Source: Phoronis australis (taxonomy: Eukaryota; Animalia; Phoronida). From it: a stretch of DNA of 64,000 nucleotides. A program made the position numbers and the translations under genes. Positions 53,601 through 64,000 of the stretch are shown here, piece by piece. How positions within the stretch are numbered: the first letter of the stretch is position 1; each line of letters starts with the position of its first letter. Below the pieces are notes generated by a model. That model did no database searches. It had not been told where the DNA came from and was given only the letters and a program-made list of their open reading frames with translations. The stretch spans positions 62,001-126,000 of the forward strand of contig NMRA01000104.1 of NCBI GenBank assembly GCA_002633005.1, written 5' to 3'.

Positions 53601-53875
53601 ATATATGACTCAAAGATCAAAAAATGTGGAGGAAGCATACCTGTGTTTTCACAGTGGTCACAAGTAAAGAAAGATAATGGTGATATGATTCAATGAGCTT
53701 TTACGTAGTCCATCCATATGTCATGCATCATTTATGAATGACGTTTATTAACCAGGAAATTTTATTTACAGTTACCATGTTTATCGATGCCTTTCTGAGT
53801 TGTGACAGCAAATGCTTGTGCCTCAGTTACTGATGAAAACAAAGCAGCAAATGGATTCTCTGCCAACTCGTCCAT
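35659..53875 (-). CDS. UBE4A: ubiquitin conjugation factor E4 A (U-box ligase), 17 coding exons, about 1039 aa
   Basis: Exons: 53776-53875, 52088-52177, 51597-51700, 50137-50289, 48830-48974, 48056-48261, 46751-47054, 45567-45788, 45069-45326, 44042-44298, 42951-43117, 41427-41619, 40076-40189, 38021-38272, 36899-37150, 36242-36399, 35659-35803. All GT-AG, phases consistent, 3120 nt. Motifs: NPFAALF N-terminus, [46 protein letters not shown]-box [17 protein letters not shown]...DPFNRSPL. Confidence 0.96.
35896..36040 (+). repeat. dispersed repeat fragment; second copy at about 58895-59045
   Basis: Shared ccaaaccca.ttttggcctat...catccagtt...aaaatttgaaa.ctcctttcaaa.tctg; begins TTAAAAGG (possible TTAA-targeting DNA element). 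Confidence 0.6.
37228..37509. mobile_element. CAGGGCTTG MITE family: partial reverse copy (37228-37405) and 48-bp internally deleted copy (37462-37509)
   Basis: caggcttggaatgaccaatgacaaaaaagaggaaaattccaatccctg joins both termini across the shared gaggaaaa motif. Confidence 0.7.
40937..41171 (+). mobile_element. CAGGGCTTG-TIR MITE copy
   Basis: cagggctttgaatgacc ... gaggaaaattccaagccctg. Confidence 0.8.
44560..44935. repeat. 36-bp minisatellite, about 10 units, in a UBE4A intron
   Basis: Unit tgatcactattatatagtgagcaaaccataatggct; the variant unit (caggatgtcctaatcattactacat) recurs near 44663 and 44902. Confidence 0.95.
46053..46283. mobile_element. palindromic MITE / fold-back element
   Basis: About 68-bp arms, 46083-46151 versus 46197-46264; outer agttcgct/agcgaact. 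Confidence 0.8.
47530..47635. mobile_element. partial copy of the Harbinger-like MITE at 34363
   Basis: caaccacccat.aatttttatttc...cccctcccacac.gatttt.ctggaacagccc followed by TAA. Confidence 0.75.
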
Positions 53876-54058
53876 CACTAATACATCTGCAAAAACAAGT
53901 CATGCTGTGAACAAATATAGCATGTTCACAATGGATACAAATTCAGTTATGTTTATTACAGATATTTCCTGTTATGATGTATTTGTATAGTTTACAGAGA
54001 TATTACAAACCATACAAGCATTAGAATACCGTATGTCAATAAACACTAGGACCCACAA

Positions 54059-54339
54059 CAGGGCTTGGAATGACCCATGACAAAAAAGAGGAAAATTTTC
54101 TAGGTGATGTACCGTTCTACAAATAAATAGGGTTATATGAAAGAGATATTTTTGTGTTGTAAAATTTAACTGCAAGAAAATTTTTTTTAATGCATGAATA
54201 AAGTCAAAATAATGATAAAAAGGGATGAAACAGGGAAAACTGTTAATCAAATAAGAGGAAATCAAAACCAAAAAAGAGGAAATGGAAACCAAAAAAAAAA
54301 CCAGAAGATCCTTTTAAAAGAAGAAAATGCCAAACCCTG
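54059..54339 (+). mobile_element. CAGGGCTTG-TIR MITE copy
   Basis: cagggcttggaatgacc ... gaaaatgccaaaccctg; flanks ccacaa/ccaaaa. Confidence 0.8.
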
Positions 54340-55027
54340 CCAAAATTGGGTCCTAGTTAAACATAATAATGATGTCATGTGCTCCCTGGTGCGAGCAGTG
54401 TTAAAATGGCCGGTTACCGATTTGGGAACCTAACGAAGGACTGTTCGAAAAAAGTTTGACGGTAGTATTGATCGAGCTGGGAAGAGTTAAAGACAGTAAC
54501 GGTCTTCTGAGGTGTCCCTCTATATGTAAAAGGTACTTATAGCAACATGACTTGAACGGTTTAATCAGTGTGAGGCATAATTTGCTGAAAAGCTTCCAGT
54601 ATATGGCGACCCTATGGGATGTCCACTGTCTCTAGTACTGCCAGTACTGGTTCAGTTGAGAGTCGAGACCCTACGGTCTAGGCCTAATAATTTGCAGAAA
54701 ATGTTCCACTCCAACATACAGACTGGATAAGGATGTGACGTCGTCTACCACATACACTCTCATCAGCCGCTCTCCATTATACCATAATATACGGTTTATA
54801 AGCGTTATGAAGAGCGGCTGATTAAAGGCGTCTGTGTCGACAGTTTATTGTGGTTCTGATTCTCACGACATAACTTGTCATAACTTGTCCTGCGATCTGC
54901 CACCTGGTCAAGGAAATACCCAGAAAATAAAGCAAAACGGGCAAGTATTATTTCTTGACGCACTAGACCAAAGCAAAATGAATCGAATACTGGGTTAATA
55001 CATCAATTAAAAACTATCAAATAAATG

Positions 55028-55240
55028 ACTTACTGATTCATAAACTATGAAATATAAAACATGATTTACGAAGTATTGAAGTGCATTGCTCTTCTGCGCT
55101 GGAGATAAATTAAAAGTGCAGTCTCCCTCTAGTGTTGGTATTAGTAATTATACGGAAGTACACGTCAATCTTGTATGTTTTTGCTTATCTTGCTTGTTTG
55201 CCACAGTTTTTACCATTGATTTGTGTACTGGTAATGTCAG
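55028..55240. promoter_or_regulatory. candidate bidirectional promoter for UBE4A (-) and GOSR2 (+)
   Basis: Both first coding exons begin at acceptors (53886, 57221), so non-coding first exons lie between them. Minus-strand donor GTAAGT at 55028-33; ETS-like CGGAAGT at 55153-59 next to ACGTCA. Confidence 0.35.
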
Positions 55241-57231
55241 TTTGTGCCACATTCTGTGTGACTGATAGTGTGATGTTTTATGTAGTTATGTTGAAGTGGT
55301 TGTGTAGTTAGCATCGGAGAACTCCGGTTCGACTACCCACCATAGCATAGTCTATAGACAGTTGCGTTTGGACGTAGACCGCATGTGACTCGTCCACATG
55401 CACAACTCGGAGTCTGACTGTGATAGAGTCAGAGTTGGGCTGTTTCTGTGCTGTCTCTGTCTTGTTTGACTGAGTTTGGCACACACAGTCAATAGTCGCA
55501 TACAGGGATCCCAGATTTTGAGAACTAGTAGTAGTATGACTATGATGCCCGTTAATCAATGGATAAAACTGGTTTATCAAAATGTGGGACCCCTATAATT
55601 GACTATTATCTTGATTTTTGTAGAATGTCAACAGTATTCAGCAGGTATTGAATACATGTTGACAACGTAAGAGTCGAGTGTCCAAACTCAACCAAATTGT
55701 TCGACTGAGATGCAATTGCCACTTGACAAGTGACTTTTAGCACGGGAATTTATCTCGGTCTTTTAAAACAAACCTATCATACTGTGTAATATTGGAAATG
55801 AATGTCGTCTAGCCATGCGTTCTGAATGAAATCAACCAGAACTCTCACTATTTTCACAGTGCCTCTGCGTGATGTGGTTGTCGATTGCTTACTACCTTGT
55901 GATTGCAGCTCATCCTTCAGTCAGGATCATTCATTGGTCAAATATCGCAGTCGATGAATGATCCCTATCGTAGGGTAGCTAACTACTAGCATGCATGTGT
56001 CGCACAGTGGTGAGATTGAGAACGTAGTGAAACTTCCAGCTGATTCCATTTAGAATTGATTGTGAACACTTGTATTCCCTTTATTACTTACATATAGTGT
56101 ATGAGAGGTATGTTCTAAAAAGATTGAGACGAGGTCCCAGTGATTTAGAGGGGCTTTACTGTCACTGCTGGAACCGCATATTCACAACACTGAAGCCTTT
56201 TCCACTGGTCAGCAAGTCGATATAAAAATATATATTCCTGTCCATAAAACTACTGTGGTCAAAGAAATGGAAAGTGGATGGGGGGTATCTAACCCAGACC
56301 ATGCATAAAAGTCGAGTGTCCAAACCTTTTGACTAAGACTAAAAGGCCCACGGTTAAGCATAATTTGTGGCCCATTGGCAAGCAATTTAGAGATGCTTCT
56401 TTGGACTACATCACATTTGGATCAAGAAATTCACAACTCATGTAGGCTTTGGCATATCCTAGTCAATCCTGTAGGCTGGACATTTTTTTCAAATTGTGCT
56501 GAAACCTAGCTAAATTATTAAAGTCAGATTACTATATGTACCCTTTGAGTGTACAGCTTATCTCCTTTGGATGCAGTTTTCAAATCCTTCCAGCTCGTAC
56601 AAATGCTCATGCACTCAACATTTTCTTAATATTTCTTTGTTCAGTCAACGAAATTGTGAGCTGAGCCATTGCTATTGTGATTACGTCACAGCGCAAGTTT
56701 TTAATCATATCAAGGTTGATCTCCATGACCTCATAATTGGAGTGAGCCAATCACTAGCACACTACACTGGTGATTCGCCAAGAGCTCGCTACAATAGTCC
56801 TCAAAACTTGGCCGCCAGGGTTGCTACTCTCATACTTGGGCAAAATACCATTTGTCAATCATTTTATTAATGAATGAAGAGACTTGTGTACTGGCATTAC
56901 TACAACAGTTTCCAAAATACGTTTTGGATTCATCTTGTGCCAGAAATTTTCTTTGCATCCTCACAGTTGAATAACTGCCAATTTGAAAAGCCTTGGAGCA
57001 AATTTTCAAATTAGCCGGCGACCAATGTTTATCAAATTTTTGTCAAAACCAATTTAGTTTGACCAAAATAATATAAAAATTCAGTGTAGTGGATGAAATG
57101 AATAGAAACACAATTCCAGTTGTTATTAATGGGCATAAAATCCTAATTTGAATCATATGATGTTCAGGTTTAAGCACATTTCTTATTGTTTTTCTTCTCA
57201 TTTTCAAAACATTTTTGCAGGTAACCACAAA

Positions 57232-59672
57232 ATGAGCATGGATAGCCTGTGTCTTCAAACAAATAAACTTGTTCATGAAGTTCAAAATGAACTTGGAAGC
57301 TTAGAACGGGCAACTGGTAACGACGTTCACACAGTGGAAAATCAAGTGCAAGCCAGAATTGATCAAATTGTTAGTAACTGTGAGAGACTTTACATCTTGG
57401 TCAACAAGGAACCGGCTCAAAAGCGTGCTAATGCAAAGATGAGAGTTGATCAACTCCGCTATGACTGTCAGCATTTACAGTCCGCCATGCGAAGCATTCA
57501 ACTTAAAAGGTGAGCACTAGACAACATACAGATTTAGAGAGCTTTTCAAACAAAGCTTCGACTCCTGTGGCAGTTTTTTGTAGCCCGTGGCTGTATCTGT
57601 TAAACCTCTCAAAGGTTCATAGTTAAGTTTCATTGGTGTTTTTCTTGGATAGGGATGACAGATTACATTGACTTTAAGAGGATTGGAATAGCGTGCCTCT
57701 TAGTGACAATTTTACTTTTTTATGCTTTTCTCTATATCTTGGGAGTTCTGTGATGGATTTACTTGAAACTTGTTAAGTAGGCTGGTATTAAAGAGACAAT
57801 AACGCCTTTCTATTTTTGGATGGATTTGGTGTGTTGTATGACACATAGTGGCCATTTTCAATATTTTTGAGCCTGGTTTTTGGCATCTGCCTCTCTACTG
57901 GCCAAATCACACTAAGAATCATTATGAAAATTTTGTGTATCTTTACAAGGAAGTACATGGCTGACGATGATTTTTGTTAATTTTTACCTGTGGCTCAATA
58001 CAAATTCTTTGATGGATCTTCATGAAATTTAGCATGTGCTTCTAGTGAGGAGATCATAACTGACATATGGATTTGGTGACAAATCTGCCGACTGCAGAGT
58101 CTCCTGCTTGGCAGTGTTGTTTTCCTTGCATTTGTCTTGATATCTACTGATTTCTTGACGGATATTAATGAAATTTGGCAAATACACTGGCCCTGTTTCA
58201 TATGGATTTGATCTTTGTCGCACCTCCTAGCTTGATGGAACTTTGCACAAAGATATATGGTGGATAATATGCAGGGGCATCAGATGATTTTTAACAGATT
58301 TGATTATAGTAGCGCCCCCTGTTTCCGTTTTTATGAGTCCACATATACTTTACATGTGTGGGTGGATAGTGCAAACGTCTGGCTGTATTTCCTAATCCAT
58401 GATAGGATCTGGCATGTGTTCCCATGAAGCTGAGAACAGGTGATGGTTTCCCAGACATTTTTGTTGCGACAGATTTTGATTTTCAGCTTTGTTGTCTTAA
58501 TAGCCAAATTAATTCAGTTAAATTATCTGAAACTAATAAATACCGCTGAACAGTACTGTTTGCAGTGCTGTCATGAGTTCATTTCAATTGTTTGCAATGG
58601 TTCTCGTTCTACAAGTACTCTCATAACCATACTCGATGCTGTCAGGACGCCGTTGGCCTTTACAAATTGCTCTTACTGCTACAGGCCTGTATTAACTTGG
58701 AAAAAAGAAATGTGGTTTCACAGATGGATTCCATAAAAACTCACCAACTTTGTCCAAAAACAATTACTGTCATTTTCCTGTTTTCCTGGCAGCAGAACAT
58801 GCCATCAGCCATTGAGTTTAAGTGTTACGGTCCTTTTTAATCTTATATATTATTTGGTTATGACACATTTTATGTATAGTTTGACTCACTTGAAATGATG
58901 CCAAACCCAGTTTTGGCCTATTAACATATATTAAAAATTATGTTCCCATCCAGTTCTCTTCAACAAAATAATGTTCTGTAACCCTCAACAGCCCTCAAAG
59001 GTTTGGATGAAAATTTGAAAGCTCCTTTCAAAATCTGCTAAACGGTGAAGCATGATCTACTCTTTTAGAAAATTGCAGGGCAACTGTGGAGAAAGACCAC
59101 CCACTAAGAACCGTAATATCCAATCTGTGACAGAGGGTATGAGTCTTTAGCTGATTCCTGATTTTATCTTTCAAGATTGACACCTATGGTGCATCAGCAT
59201 GTGCCAGTGCGATGATTGGCTGCGATCATCGAGACAGGGTTTAGTATCCTTTTAAATGACGATGCATCATAGTTATCATACATGGTGTACTGTATTCATT
59301 GTTTGACTCAGGTACCAAAGAGAAGAAGAAGAGCGAGAACGAGAAGAGTTGCTGAGTCGATCGTTCACAACCAACGACACAACGGTGAAGATTGACGCTG
59401 ACGTACAACACAATACGCATTTACATAATGCCCACCGAGGTATTGACAACATGTTGGCTGGTGGAACTAGCATTCTAGACAACTTGACACAGCAGCGGGG
59501 GACTTTGAAAGGAGCTCACAAGAAGATGCTTGATGTGGCTAACTATCTGGGACTTTCTAATACTGTGATGCGCTTGATTGAGAGGCGGACATATCAAGAC
59601 AAGTTTATCCTCTACGGTGGTATGATTGTGACGTGTGTCATCATGTTTGTTCTGGTCAGGTACTACATATGA
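57232..59672 (+). CDS. GOSR2: Golgi SNAP receptor complex member 2 (membrin/Bos1, Qb-SNARE); exons 57232-57509 and 59312-59672, 212 aa
   Basis: MDSLCLQTNKLVHEVQ...CERLYILVNKEP...RVDQLRYDCQHLQ|...REELLSRSFTTND...LGLSNTVMRLIERR plus C-terminal TM helix; phase-2 GT-AG intron. Confidence 0.96.
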
Positions 59673-61776
59673 TCTGAACATGAGCCGTTGTTCTGGTCAG
59701 GTATTACACATAAACTGAACATGAACCATTGTCTCAAGGCTTCCTTAGTCTTTCCCAATTTAATTCTGTACCCTGCAATTTGTTTACTGGAAATATATTA
59801 AAATAGTATTTATTTTTAAGCATTCCAGGAACATTTGATTTTCCCACCTGAAATGACCTACGAAGGCAAACTTGTTTGGTAATTATCCTATGTAGCTTGC
59901 TGTTAAATACATGTGTATCGTGATTTCACAATTCGTCTAAGGTAAAAATTCTCCAATTTGGGACAGTCTCCAGCATTTGGGGGATGGAAACTCACGCAAA
60001 AATTGAATTTTCTTAATGCTGGATTTAGCACAAGGGCAATTTTGGCGTTCACCACATTTCTCAAATTTCGGACAATGTATTTTCGGTCTACGCATTGGAT
60101 AATTTCGCGGTCTGGAATTCAGGACTCCACATATTGCCTATTTCTAGAAATTGGGAGTAGCTCTGACCTTGAGCAAAATAATTAAACTTTGACTGTCGCA
60201 AATTCGAGAATTTTTACCATACTTGCTATTTTTCTTGTCGCCTGAAATTAAGTTACCGGTATTTCAAATAACTTTTTAAAATAGTGTTAGGTGCATCTAG
60301 CTGTGTAGATTTGCAGTGTTGCTAAGTGTTGATAACTTTAGACCCATTGTCTGAAGAGAAGTTAAAATGGCTGTGAATGTTTTGTGACTGGTATGTTCTC
60401 GTTAGTCAGACTATTTATTCGCTGCGCAATCCAGATTTGTGGTGCAAGTATTTCAGTAATTATATCCTTCCTCTCTTACTTTTCATTTTTTGATCCCCTG
60501 TGAGACCCAACAGGCAGTTGATGTGAGCAGTAACTGGTCTCTCTCTGAATCTGTTTATTGACAGAGTACATGCAACTGATTAGGAAATGAGCATCCTATT
60601 TACAAGCAGCTAAAGCGAACATCCTATTTACCAAAGAATTACTGTGCAACTCACTTCCACTGCAGTTTGTTGTTGTAATTGTTTGTAAGGTTAATGTGCT
60701 GAACTGTTAAGGTTATATGACTAATGTCCAAGTTTGGCTAACTTCGGAACACCGGCTTTCAGAAATGGCTGATTTGGTGTATATGAAATTTTCAGATATG
60801 TTTAGAAAATTGTTACAGCATTTTTGAGATCTCACCTTGAACATTTATATGAAATTTGATCGTGAAATTGATATGGATGTTCTGCTATCGTTGTACCTTA
60901 GTTTCTTTATCGCTAAATTTTACTAAAATGGTCACGTGACCTAATTGTTAACAGATTGATAAAATGTATAAAATCAAACTCTACAGTTTTTTACTTTCCA
61001 AAAATATATATTTTTACCCTGACAGTTCAAATCTATATTTCTGTGAGATATCTGACTAATTAGGCTGACCTGTCACTAAGGTCCTACACAACCTAAAGTT
61101 ACTTTTCAGGAGGTCTTTAATTCCCATAATTTTGAACAACCAGGCTGTCATACGTGGTTCTGTATCGTAACTTCCTATTGGTACAAGACTTAATGGACCA
61201 AATTTTTGAAACCTCACTGTGTTGCTAAATTGATCAGACTTTCACCCTATGGTATCTCATGACGACATAAGCTGCCATCATAATCAGAAGGGAAGTTTTT
61301 TTCCTGCTGTAAGCGTTTTACCATATTGGGCTCTAAAGTGAAGATGTTCAAGTTTAAACACAGCGAGTTTTAAATGCTCACAGGAATTGTACATGACAAA
61401 TGTGAAAATAAAATGAAATTTTTTCTGAATCAACATTGTGTTTGATCATCTCATATGCACATTCACTGACAAAATAACAGAAGTCTTGTTCAATTGAACT
61501 TGAGCACAAGTCTGGAGTCTTCAGTGTTCTGAGTTTGAATCCAAGTGCAGGTGTTCCACACGTGCAATATTTTACATTACAGCATTCATTTGCTGTTTTG
61601 TACATTTGCATAGCTGACGTTTCTTGAGTTCTGTCAGTTTCATATAATCGAATAAACAAACAATTTCTCTTCTCCATTCTCTTCAGTTTGTTGTACTCAC
61701 CAACTCTACACGTGACTAAAGTTAAAGTGCACATTACATACTAAATCAACTATCAAAAGTGCCACACGTCCCTGTC

Positions 61777-62364
61777 TTAGCGAGATTTCTTGTATGGTGT
61801 TTGTCTGTTGTTTCCTCGTCTCCGTCCTCGCCGCTCCGTTTTTCCAATGTCCTTAATAGTCCTAATTTCTACACCAATGCTGTGAAGAACACTAGCCAGC
61901 GCTGATATGTATTGGATCGCCAATCTGAGTGTGGCGATTTTTGACAACTTCTGATGTTCACTTAAGTTAGACTTGGGCACGACTTTCCTCAGTTCATCAA
62001 ATGCCTCGTTCAGCATATGCATCCTATTTCGTTCTCTGTCAGTCGCTGCTCGTGCGTTGCCCTTCTCGTCTGTTTCTTGTTCCGCGTTCTCTTCCACCCG
62101 CGATAACTTTTGTTTACCAACCGAGTTTGGATTGGTGACGGGCGAAGTTTGCGATGTTATTTGAATATTTGCTAGCGTGTAGTCTGGACACGAATCTGGC
62201 TGGTAGAAATACGGCGATGATACATGCATTGCACATTTGTCAAAATGGTACAGAGATGACGCACTGCAATGGTTCCACTCACTGTTGCTATAAAAGAACG
62301 GCGAATAGTATTCCTGTTGAGACAATCCATAAAAATCGTCCAGTCGCTGATAGACGTCTGTCAT
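61777..62364 (-). CDS. intronless group A bHLH transcription factor (Twist/Atonal superfamily), 195 aa
   Basis: [26 protein letters not shown]...[18 protein letters not shown]; gccATG at 62364; basic C-terminal tail. Confidence 0.92.
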   Translation of the reverse strand: MTDVYQRLDDFYGLSQQEYYSPFFYSNSEWNHCSASSLYHFDKCAMHVSSPYFYQPDSCPDYTLANIQITSQTSPVTNPNSVGKQKLSRVEENAEQETDEKGNARAATDRERNRMHMLNEAFDELRKVVPKSNLSEHQKLSKIATLRLAIQYISALASVLHSIGVEIRTIKDIGKTERRGRRRGNNRQTPYKKSR

Positions 62365-62491
62365 GGCTAATGACACCCACACAACTTTCAAACGCTGTCT
62401 AATACTTGTGAGACTTTAATGCCTCTGCCAAATGTTCACCGCTTTCTTTCGTGTAAGACTAAATTATCCTCTGGCATCAACGGTCTTCAGG

Positions 62492-62498
62492 TTTTATA
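62492..62498 (-). promoter_or_regulatory. TATA box of the bHLH gene
   Basis: TATAAAA on the minus strand about 130 bp upstream of the ATG, flanked by GC-richer sequence. Confidence 0.55.
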
Positions 62499-64000
62499 CC
62501 CGGTCGTCGCTGTCTGTGGTAGTGATAAAATTTCGCTACTCGGTCTCAAAAAGAAGGCAGCCAGCGTGAAAACAAGAGATAAAGTTTTCTTATAATCATA
62601 TTAACGCCGCGACAATCATTTGAGAAGATACTAAGTGACGGAGTGTAAATTTGATAATGCGTTTTTATTGGATAAGTGGAGCAGTTCTAGTTACCATGAC
62701 TATCACGCGATGGGTTATGGCACTTGTCTATCGTCGAATAATGTTAAAACTGCATTTCCTTCCGTTAAGCTGCTCGAAAACCGAAAAAGGAGACTACCAT
62801 AGACCATTTATACCTCTACAAATGAAGCCAGACTCGCATGCTTTTATGTTAGGACTTTACGATTGTTGACGTGTAGAACATCCAGAGTATTTGTGATTTT
62901 TTAAAAAAATCTAACTTTCTCAGAAAAAAATGTCATATTTTTATTCGGACATTTGCTTAAACTTTAGGTTTGAGATTATTTCTAAAACTTCAAAGTGTCT
63001 GTCAAGAATTACAAGTCTACGACGTTTAAGGTTTCGAAACCTCCATTCCCGGGGTTAAATTGACAGTTGAGGGAATTTTATTTAATTTTCTAAAATTTGA
63101 CTAATTGCCTTAAACGGTGGTCTAAAAATGTCGCAGTAAATACTGCCACGTGTGCGCGCTAGGCTCTTGATACTTTACCATGTTGCCAATTAGAAAATAG
63201 CGGAAGTAATCGACATTAAGATAACTTTGACGTAATTAGCAATTAGACACTCATCAGAAGTCTGGTGCCTTTCTCGCGGTTACCGAGTACACGCGGTCAG
63301 AGTGGATGCATTTGTGCAGTGACATAACTTGAGACGAATTTGTTGCAGCCATGTTGTTTTATTTATTTTACGTTCGGTCTCACGAAACGGATGTTTTGAG
63401 AAGACGTTTATAGTGACAATGCTAGATCTGTAACATACGTAATACCTCTCTTTTGAAATTGGTTAAAATGTTGCACAAAGCTAAATCGTTGTAACACAGT
63501 GCTCTCATTACATGAAATAGATCTTTTGTGAATGCAATCGAAATCAGGGTCGTAAGAAAGATGATTTTTTCTCTCCATTATTCACAAATTCTTTAGTACA
63601 TGGGCCATCATTAAGTACTCGAACCCCGTCACTATTAGTTTTGGCCAACAAATCATTTTTGCTCTGCGAGTATCGATCGTTTAGCCTTGTTTACTATTTA
63701 AATTGTTTTTCAATGATTGTTGTGGCTCAACATGAAATTGAAAATTAACTGACTTATGATTTATTGATAGTCACTGTAAACCATGTTCTGGGCCTAGGGT
63801 GTAATCTTTTTACTCGAAAATGAACTTGAAATTAATTGTGTTATTTTCTACTCTACTTTTGTGCGAACTCAAGATAAGTGTCTATTGGCTATGTTGGGGT
63901 AAATAATGGGTTACAAGGAAAACTTTTAATCCTAGTGTGAAATTGATGACGCCAGTATTAAGGCTAAAAGTTCCGAGCCTGAAATCGAAATTTCGAGTTT

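Overview
AT-rich, intron-containing animal genomic DNA, probably a lophotrochozoan invertebrate (inferred from gene and repeat content), with two assembly gaps (14750-15125, 20954-21008). I reconstructed five protein-coding genes by hand from splice sites and reading phase: (1) the last three exons of an L1CAM/neuroglian-family adhesion molecule (+); (2) a spliced TASOR/TEX15-like DUF3715 pseudo-PARP gene (+, 24.5-32.3 kb) that the ORF track breaks into unrelated pieces; (3) a complete 17-coding-exon UBE4A (-); (4) a two-coding-exon GOSR2/membrin (+); (5) an intronless group A bHLH factor (-). Mobile DNA includes a degenerate RT-RNase H LINE, a structurally complete non-coding LTR element (two LTRs, tRNA-Ser primer site, polypurine tract, 4-bp TSD), several MITE families and minisatellites. 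The strongest lead is the DUF3715 gene. It is a divergent invertebrate relative of the HUSH/TEX15 transposon-silencing factors, with a giant terminal exon whose splice acceptor is tandemly quadruplicated. Family assignments come from remembered motifs, not database searches.
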